This document shows positions 54,614 through 64,000 of a stretch of DNA of 64,000 nt, piece by piece. The stretch comes from Octopus sinensis. Lineage: Eukaryota. Under the pieces are notes generated by a model. That model was given only the letters and a program-made list of their open reading frames with translations. It was not told the origin of the DNA and searched no databases. The translations under genes were made by a program, and so were the position numbers. Location of the stretch: positions 157,170,001 through 157,234,000 of the forward strand of contig NC_043000.1 of the NCBI RefSeq assembly GCF_006345805.1, written 5' to 3'. Numbering within the stretch: the stretch's first letter is position 1; every line of letters starts with the position of its first letter.

Positions 54614-57388
54614 ATTTTCTCTCACTAACCACTGTCATATACACATATATGTCCTCATGTCTTTGGATCTGGGCAATGATATTGTTAATGGTGATAAAAA
54701 GAAACATTTTGCCGGCGCAAGACATCACTACATTCTTGGCTTCTCTTTTACTGACATACGGCTTCCTTTGTGGTGTTTTTGTTTGCCGTTTCAAGTTTCA
54801 TGTTTGTTGTTGTCCCGCCTTCAAACTCCATTAAACTGAAATCAGTAGGAAAATGAAGAGTCAGTTAAGGGTTCTGCGGTTCATACACGCTCTTCCATAT
54901 GTATGTGTATCAGTGATGCTCGCGATTTTGTCTATGTCTCATTGGATGTGCGTTTGAGCGTGAGTATTTGTTAGTCTGTGTGAGTGTGCATGTGTGTGTA
55001 TGTGAGTATGTGTGTGTGTGTGTGTGTATGTGAGTGTGTGTGTGCGCACGTGTGTGTGAATAGGGTTGGTAATGAATAGTCTTATCAACGCAGGAACATA
55101 TTTTAAGAAAACAACAAACAGCACTAGAAAAGAAAAACTACAGAACTACTAAGAAATAAAAGATAAAGTCGGAAATTAATGAGTGTTGCTGCTTTTGCTG
55201 CTGCTGCTGCTGGTTGTAGTGGTTGTGGTGAAGTATTGTGATCATGGTAATTGTTACCATTGTTGTTGCTGTGGCTCTTCTTTCTGTTGTTGTTGCTGTT
55301 GTTGTTGTTAAGCAACAAGACGGGTAAGGGTGATTAGGTGATGGTCTAAGGCTTAAGGGCGGGAGACCCCAGACCTTGGGAAAAACTTTAGTCGTCTTGT
55401 TGTAATCGAGGGCTCTTCGTTGACGCCCGACACCACTGGGAGGTGGCCCTCGAAGTCGCTGGAAATGGAGATCTCCAGGTTAAAATTCTTGCATGGCTGG
55501 TGTTGCTGCTGTTATTATTGCTTAGCCTTATGTCAGCTATTAACAAGCTGAACCTATGACCAATTTTCTATATTACATAAGTGAAACAGTAGTATAGTAT
55601 AACAGTGCTGTCTTGAAACCGTGATCGACCTGACTTCCATTGTTTTGCCAGAAAGTGTATCTAGGATCACATTATCAAATGTTTCTTTTCAAAGATGGCG
55701 TGATTTGGTCAGATTTAGGTATAGTGTCAACAAGTTTCAAAAAAATTGTATAATGATAAACGTCTGAGAAAACTTCCTTGCATAGCCTCTATACAATTAT
55801 TATGCAATCTAGGACAACCCACCTTGATTAAAATCTTTTCAGTAAAACGTTTTGGAGAAAATAATTCTCTTTAGCAAAATAATGATTTTTTCTTAAATTT
55901 TACTTATACTTATGATTGCGTAAATAATTTCTTTCTGCAATATAGGAAGCTATAAATTTGTTATACAAGTGTTAATGTATACTATATACTTCTACTACAC
56001 TTCAATATTCTCCTTTCTGATAACATGTTTCTTAATGCGGTACATACTGTTTTTCTTATTGCGTAATATTCTCCTACTGCTCATTACGTTTAGGAAACGT
56101 AAACAAAATTATGTTACCTACTTAATTACTTCTACTGAATATTCTAGGTAATTAAAAGACTTCGTTTCATGAACTCTCTCAGTGCTAATTACTAAAATTA
56201 TATTAATAAATAAATTATCTGTTTAGAGATTTTTCTTTTCGAAAATGAGTTTTTTTTACATATTTGCTTTACTATTCACTATGTGTTGTATATATTTTTT
56301 TTATTGTTATTATCTGAATTTCATTTTAAACAAGGAGTGTTTTTCTTAGAAGCATTTCTTCTAAGTGGTTTTTTCCTCGGAAGATTTTATCTTTAGGAGT
56401 TTAGTCCTACGGCGTTTTTTGCCTAGAAGAGGGTGGTTTGTCCGAGTGGTTAAAGGAGATTTTGTACTAATTGTCTTTTTGTTCTAGAAGCAATTTGCCA
56501 TGGGCAGAATATGGCCTTGTCCGAGGGTATTTTGTCCTGGCGGGATGTCCTAGGGAGGTTTTGTTCAAAAGGGTTTTGTACAAAGAGGTCTTGCCACAAA
56601 CGTTTGTTCTGGGGTGCTTTGACCGAGAGAGGGATGTTTGTCTTGGAAGGCGTTCTTTTTGAGGTTCTTTGCCATCAGGTATTTGTCGTAGTGTCCATAC
56701 CTCTGTCCTAGCAGAGGTATGGATTCTAACGTCTCTAGCATAATACTTTGAAGAAACTCCTTGTTGCGTAGCATCAGTACAAACCTGATAGAGCAGACTT
56801 ATCGAAGGCATCCCAGGGGTGACCATCCGACGAGTTCGTCCTTCTTGAGAACGATGGGGTGTGATGTGAGATCGAGATAGATAGATAGATAATTATATTG
56901 ACACACACACATACATACGCACACATATGCACATTCATATGTGTATATGTTTGTGTGTGTGTGAATACGCAAATATATGTATATTATTCTCTTTCCCTTT
57001 TTAATTAAGAGATCGAGCAACCCCTAGAAATTCGACTGTTACTTTAAAATCTAACTACATGAAAAATTGGTTGTTATTTCTAACAGAATGAGGTCCCAAA
57101 GGCCTTATCATTGACTCCAGAAATAAATAAGTTGTTTATTTGGCTGCTTTTTCGAGCTGGACCACGGCCAGGTACTTCTTTTTTGTTTTTGCTTGGTAGA
57201 GGATTTATTTGAACGACTCTCTACAAAATTAAGGTTTTATCAAATATATTTAATTAAAGTTAATCAGGAACAGACCTGGGGATATTATGTACCAGAAGCA
57301 AGTTGAATTTCAGGGTTCTTACAAATATAATCTTAAGCCTTTTTCGCAAGGAGTAAAACAGTACTTACTACATTTTATGAAATATAGA

Positions 57389-57551
57389 CGCAGGCGTGGC
57401 TGTGTGGTTAGAAGATTGCTTTCCATCTACATGGTTCCGGGTTCAGTCCCACTGCGTGGCACCTTGGACTAGTGTCTTCTCCTATAGCCTCGGGCCGACT
57501 AGAGCCTTGTGAGTGAATGTGGTATACGGAAACTGAAAGAATCCCGTTGTA

Positions 57552-57632
<81 letters not shown>

Positions 57633-57830
57633 TAATTATATTTTTGCCTCCACGCCATCGCTTGACAACCGGTGCTGGTGTGTTTATGTCCTCGTAACTT
57701 AGCAGTTCGACAAAAGAGCCCGATAGAATAAGTATTAGACTTACAAAGAATGAGTCCAGAGGTCGATTTCTTCGACTAAAACTCTTTAAGGCGGTGCTCC
57801 AGCATGGCTGCAGTCAAATGACTTAAACAA
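57389..57830 (+). mobile_element. SINE, group A, diverged
   Basis: Head, internal (TA)n and tail. Confidence 0.85.
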
Positions 57831-58550
57831 ATAACATAATAGTAATATTACTTCTGGAATCAACAATGAGGTCTTTGGGGTCTCATTGTGTTAGAAATAA
57901 CAACCAATCATTATTTTCATATTCCCATTTGTATTCCCTAGATACAGGACATCATGCTCCTGAGTACGAGGTATTCTAGGAAACAGTCCTAGTAGCCCGT
58001 ATCTTAAATCAACCCTGAAATTAGCAGAAGTATTCAAATTTATTATTATTCGAATTCGCAAACTTTAATTCTCAAATTGACCTCGAATTTTTTTTACAAT
58101 AAAACTTATTTTTGAAGAGTAAAGCCAATGAAAAGTTTTTCCTTCTTCAGGATATAACTTCCGAATTAACCACTACCGTCAAAAACAGGATTGTTCATTG
58201 GATAAAAAGAAATTAATGTTTGTCCAGTTTCACAAGAAGTATTCTATAATGTATGCACCAATAGCTTTTCAAGTGTCTTGACTAGAAAGCGGAACTAGAA
58301 TCAGCGACATTACGGTAACATGTGTTGTCATAATACGGCATCTAACTCACTCTCACGCCTTTCTCTTTGTATCTCTCTCGCTCTCTCGCTCTCTCTCTCT
58401 CTCTCTGTATCTCATTCACACACGCACACACACATATTTGTTTATTTTGCATATATTTTATGTTTGTGTATTAAATATAAACTCTTTATGCTTTCATTTT
58501 CCCTTGTATAACCGGCTCACACCGACCTCTTCTTAGTATATTTATACCTG

Positions 58551-58717
<167 letters not shown>

Positions 58718-59068
58718 AACTTTTTATGTGTATAGTTATGAAATTAGCAAGTGTATTAATTGTAGAAGCCCGTCGATTGGATTTTGCATGTAATTCAAAA
58801 GGTACACTCATGTCACACTCTGTGTCACGCTGATTGACTCTAAGAATTCCATTGAGGGTACACATGTTCGTGTCAGTGGACCGCGCTATTGTATCCCCAC
58901 CGTCAAACGACGTAAGCCCAGTACTTTAGTATTCAGGACTCTCCAGCTATTGTGATATATTGGTGCCGTGTGCATTTATTACAATACATAAATTTATGAA
59001 ATAAACACCCGTGCATATGTTTACATGTACCACACACGCATACATATATATATGGATATATGTACACA

Positions 59069-59453
59069 CTAGCAGTATCGCCCGGCGTTGCTCAGGTTTG
59101 TAAGGGAAATAACTATAAAGCATTTTCAGAGAGTTATAGCCAAAAAATAGCAAAAAAATGGAAAAAAATGATGGTAAATTTTTTTTTGAGATTTAAAAAT
59201 GGTGGAGTTGCATCCCCTAGACAGTTTGTGGTTCATGTTTCTGATTCTCGACCCCATGTCGAATTTATCGATTTTTTTCAGAACTGGGGGAACTTTTCAA
59301 AATTTTCGCTGCGTTAGTTTTGAATTATAACATTGGGCTATGTGTGTGTCAAGTTTCATCAGAATCGGTTGAAAGCCATGGTCAGGGTGAGGGTACAAGC
59401 AAACAGACACACAGAAACACGCACAGACAAACTGCCGTTTATATAGAGAGAGA
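59069..59453 (-). mobile_element. Non-autonomous Helitron
   Basis: Highly similar to 39269-39651 along its whole length; A|TC...CTAG|T. Confidence 0.88.
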
Positions 59454-59487
59454 TAATACCTACATACATACGTATGTGAGTGTGTGT

Positions 59488-59677
59488 GTGAAGGCACGTG
59501 GCTTAGTGGTTAGGGTATTCGGTTCACGATCGTAAGGTCATGAGTTCAATTCCAGGCGAAGCGTTGTGTCCTTGAGCAAGACACTTTATTTCACGTTGCT
59601 CCAGTTTACTGAGCTGGCTTAAAATGAGTTGAACCTGTACTCCAAAGGGCCAGCCTTGTCACACTCTGTGTCACGCT
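59488..59677 (+). mobile_element. SINE, group B variant, 3'-truncated
   Basis: Head GTGAAGGCACGTGGCTTAGTGG and core as in 4802. Confidence 0.85.
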
Positions 59678-59716
<39 letters not shown>

Positions 59717-59719
<3 letters not shown>

Positions 59720-60780
59720 TAGATGAAAACAGTGAGTGCTCCATTTCTCGTCCGGCTACAATCATCAGCTGAGTGCCGTGCTTTGACAAGATTTCGGCCC
59801 ATTAAACTCAGTATCACTCCACACGGTGGGCCCAAACCCTAACACCAACACTCATGACAGTTCTGTGGTCTTATACGCATTCACAAACCTCCTGGTAATC
59901 CAAGAACTACCCTCAACTGCTTTCTCCCCACATTCCTTCATTGTACCTCACAGCATATACACCAGCCACATTCAGAAACCTCCTGAGAGAAGCTGTTGGG
60001 AAACTCCTACAGCCAACCTCGAACTCAGCCAGCTCACAGATTTAACTCTTCTCTCGAATCTCAGCTACCATCTCTTCATAGCCTATCAGCTTCCGCTCAT
60101 GGGCCTCAGCAATGCTCTCCTCCCATGACACAGTAAGCTTCTCAAGGACCACACGTCTCTGACCCCCATCTAACAACACCAGGTCGGGCTGGAGTGCTGA
60201 AACAACGATGCTTTCAGGTAATGGCTTGTCCACGAACACCTCCCATTTTCTGACTTCGGGCTACTGAGGTCTCTGTCTTTTTGGCATCACACCATGCTTC
60301 ACAAATGCTGTCTTGCGCAAGCTCAGCTCAGGCACTTGACCCTCTCTTGCAGCTGAAGCAACAACGTTTAGCACTAAATTATGGTTAAATGTATACCATC
60401 CAGACTGGAGTGCTTTTGGGCAAGCTAACGGCCTGTGTTTGAGATTGCCATTCTTCCCACACATGTGGCACTGTGGACTCTCTTGGATACCCCATTTTTT
60501 TGAGATTTGCTGGAGACGGATGCACAGCATACGCAGTCTGGATTTGAGCTTTCAAATGCCTTGCACTCAAACCGCCATCAATCAGACCACTTCAACTCCA
60601 GCTTTTCAACATCATCCCAATTCAGCCACCGACCCTGCTGTGCTTGTTGTGCTGCGTGACCCAGACGCCTCTCATCTTCCAGCTGCCTTACTTGTAGCTT
60701 CCGCTGTTCTTGTTCACTTGACTCAGGCCAGAACTGCAGACCAGTTGACTCAGACCAGGCCATAGCGGTCTTGGGAGCAA
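59717..60780 (-). mobile_element. HERO-type RLE non-LTR retrotransposon, 3' fragment
   Basis: HAAQQAQQGRWLNWDDVEKLELKWSD, ESPQCHMCGKNGNLKH..CPKALQSGWYTFNHNLVL, LQPDLVLLD..VLEKLTVSWEE..AHERKLIGYEE, FEVGCR; 3' UTR about 59717-59855. Confidence 0.8.
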
Positions 60781-60797
60781 CCGAAAATGTATATATA

Positions 60798-60833
<36 letters not shown>

Positions 60834-60900
60834 TGTATGTATGTATGTATGTATGTATGTATGTATGTATGTATGTGGTGTGTGTGTGTGTGGTGGGTTA

Positions 60901-60976
60901 GATATGTTTCTTTATTAGCCACACAGGGCTGCACACAGATAGAACAAATTACAAGGTAGAGCTTTTCTTTTGAAGG

Positions 60977-61011
<35 letters not shown>

Positions 61012-61071
61012 AAGGGGGAGGTTCGATCAAAAGGGATCGTAAAAGGAGAGAAAGAGGACAAAAATAAGGGG

Positions 61072-61113
<42 letters not shown>

Positions 61114-64000
61114 AGAGGAAAAAAAAATGATCAATAGGGATCGTTATCACAGAAATGTCAATATGAAGTGTAAAGGGGAGGACAGGTGAGGTTTACCCGT
61201 GGAAAGAAAAGCCTGCGGAAAAGACCACGGTAACCTCGGTCAATGAAGTCACATTTTATATTTCTTTTTTTTTTTTTTTTTTTTTTTGCAAATAAGCAAC
61301 TCTCTGTTTTCGATTTCTGGGTTCATAGGACTATGCTCAAGGTGGCTTCGTCATTCATACGTGCCATTCTTGCTACATTCACCCATCTTTTTTTAAAACA
61401 TTCGCTAGACAAACTTGCCTCTCTACTCTCACTTTCCTTTTCAAGTGGTACTTGAAGAAGTTGATGAGAGATTGACCAGAGAGGAAAGTGTTTGTCTCCA
61501 ATCCTTTCAGACGCGTCCACCAGATACATTCTTTCGCCATAGCCACACAGGATGATGAAAATAGCTCTTCCTTCCCGTTTGAAGGAAGGAGGCGTGACAA
61601 TATTGACGATAGACTCAGCTGATAAACCGACTCGTCCCACACGTGACAGCAGTTGTTCGACATAAGCCCACAGGTCGGAAATTGTTGGACACTGAACGAG
61701 TGCGTGCAGAACGCTTTCGTCGCTCTGACCGCATCTCGGGCAGGTCGGCCCCGTGTTTCTCGAGCCGTGTCTGTAGAGCTTATCCCGAACGGGTAGCGCT
61801 TCTCGGTAGCACTGCCAGGCCAGGGATCTCTGGAAGTTGTCCATGGGCCCTGGCCCGAAAGTCGTCCCGAACAGGCGGGTCAGGTACTCCTCGTCGACGT
61901 CCAGGTTCGCCCCGAGCTCGTCGTCGTACCTCCCCTCCACTAACCCCTATAGAATGCTTTGGTTGTGTTGAAGTCACTTAAGGTCGACCCAGGACGGCAG
62001 AGTTGCTTGAGAGCAACGCGACACTCGCGGTGCCATTCGCCCTTCCTCGGCCTCTTTTTATCCACGACTGCAGTTCGGTCATGGAGACGAGCTGCGGGAA
62101 AGCGTGCCTCACAAACGGCGACCACACCTGTTCACCGTCGTCTACATAGAGCCAGAGATGTCGCAGTCTCAGCGCGTGTCTGCGCATCATCAACCACGGC
62201 ATGCCCAGCCCTCCTTTTAACGGGTGTTGACACAGCAATGGATCGCCTGACCATCGGGACGCATCCTTTCCACAAGAAGCGAAAGAGGATGCGTTGTAGT
62301 TTGGTGATGGTAGGGTCGGGACAAGGTACGACGGTCAGGCGTAGTAGATGACGGACGCGATGTACGTGTTCCGCCACCTCCGCTCGACCTTTTAGGGACA
62401 GTTTCCTCTCGGCCCATTGCCGGGCGAGAGTGACCACCCTACTCGTTATCTCGTTCCAGTTCTTCTCCACTTGGAGGTCCGGACCAAACCAGACCCCCGA
62501 GCAACTCAACCGGGCCGTCGGTCCAGCGTCCCACGACGGAGGCGCTGGTGGACGGCATGGGCTTGCTTCTCCAGGTGCCTAGTCGCAAGCCCACTGACTT
62601 TTCCCGGTTGATTTTCGCTCCTGTCACCGCTTCGTAGTTTTTTCAGTGTCTCGCCGACCAGCTCGATGTGCTCGTGCTAGACACTATGACGGTGACGTCG
62701 TCCGCGTATGCAGACACGCTCGTCCCGCATCCCAATTCTCGCGGGATGCCCCTTAGAGTCGCCAGCTTCCGCAGTAGTGGCTCAAGAGTCAATACGTATA
62801 GAAGCGCCGAGAGGGGGCATCCCTGACGGACCGAACGTGCAATGTCGAAAGGTCTCGATAGATGTCCATTTACGCGAATACGCGAATTACCGAACGATGC
62901 CTCTGTACAAGGCAGCTATCCAGCCGCGGAAGGACGGGACCGAAACCAGCCGCTCTCAGGACTGCCTCCAAGTATCGATGGTCTACCCTATCAAGGCTTT
63001 TGATTGATCCAAGTTGATCAGGGCCCCACCCATGCCAGGTTCGTTAACTACCACCCTGTCTATGATGTAGCGCATCAGATGGAGGTTGTCATGGATGGTC
63101 CCGCCTGGCACGGCGCATGTTTGCGCCTTGTCGACCAGTTTCTCGATGACAAGCGCCAACCTCTTGGCTAGCACCTTGGCCAAAATTTTCAAGTCTGCAT
63201 TAAGCAGAGTGATGGGCCTAAAGTTATCTATTACATTTCCCTTGTTTAGATCTTTCTTCCAGCAGTGTTACGGCCCTCGGCCCACAAAACCAGGAATGCT
63301 CCCGTTTTGCTGCCAGTTGCAGTACACCGCCGCCAAGAGATCTCCAAACAAGTCTGGCATACAATTGTAAAGCTCGTAGGGTAGACCATCCAAACCCGGT
63401 GATTTGTCCCTCGAGCATTCTGCCATCGCTTCCCGCACTTCCGCCGCCGTGATGGCACCTTCGCAGCACCCTGCCTTTCTTGTCGAGAGTCGTGGTAGGC
63501 TATGTAGGTAGGCACTGAAGTCCACCCTACGTTCTTGCCCTCCACTCGTTCCGAACAGTCGGGCAAAATGCTGCTGAAAGGCCTCACACATTTTACTTGG
63601 CTCGAGCAATTCGCGCCCCTGTTCATCTACCAGTGACCGAATGGTGGCTTTGTTGCCCTGTTGCGCCTCTGCCACCCGGGCCTCTCTCGCGGCTCCAACA
63701 CCTTCGTTCCTTAGAGCACGCATCCTAGCTCTGACAGCACATCCTTCGTGTTTGGCGTTGAAGTGTTGGTCGAGGGCCAACCTCGCCGCCAAAACGTCGG
63801 ATGCGATGCCGCTTCTAATTGCCTCTTCTAGCTTCTTAACTAGCTCACCCTCTACTCTATTTCTATCTATGGCTAGTGCTTTGCTGTACCTAATCGCTTC
63901 TGCTTTTACTGCTCTCTTGAGGGCAAACCACCATTTGTTTTGATGATGGCTCCCGTCAAAGCCCTCTTTACTAGTGTGCTAATCCGGTCTCTGAAACTTG
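60901..64000 (-). mobile_element. L1-superfamily (Tx1-like) LINE, ORF2 RT and CCHC region plus 3' UTR; continues beyond the window
   Basis: KSPGLDGLPYELY, NFRPITLLNADLKILAKVLAKRL, QTCAVPG..IHDNL, LDQSKA/FDRV, YADD at 62697-62708, GAKINREKS, CPRCGQSDESVLHALVQC; AATAAA near the 3' end; several 1-bp frameshifts. Confidence 0.92.

Overview
Repeat-saturated, AT-rich eukaryotic non-coding DNA. The SINE families, microsatellite load and mollusc-type 5S sequence point to a coleoid cephalopod, most likely Octopus (inference). I cannot support any host protein-coding exon; nearly all long ORFs in the track are microsatellite read-through. Supported content: (i) many copies of three tRNA-headed SINE groups, called A, B and C here; (ii) non-LTR retrotransposon remnants from several clades: two R4/Dong-type RLE, one HERO-type RLE, two CR1-group, one RTE 3' end, one Penelope-like RT+GIY-YIG, and a large L1/Tx1-type element running off the right edge; (iii) DNA transposons: two mariners with TIRs, one DD37D (maT) remnant, a hAT MITE, a foldback MITE and three non-autonomous Helitrons; (iv) local duplications. 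The most interesting signals are a 5S rRNA head fused to a SINE 3' tail (candidate SINE3), a 42-nt 3' terminus shared between SINE group C and the Tx1-type LINE (candidate SINE-LINE pair), and ribozyme-like folds (a type III hammerhead-like motif in the HERO 3' UTR, a Penelope-type minimal hammerhead, and an HDV-like fold). All family assignments come from by-eye motif recognition, not database searches. Coordinates of decayed elements are approximate.
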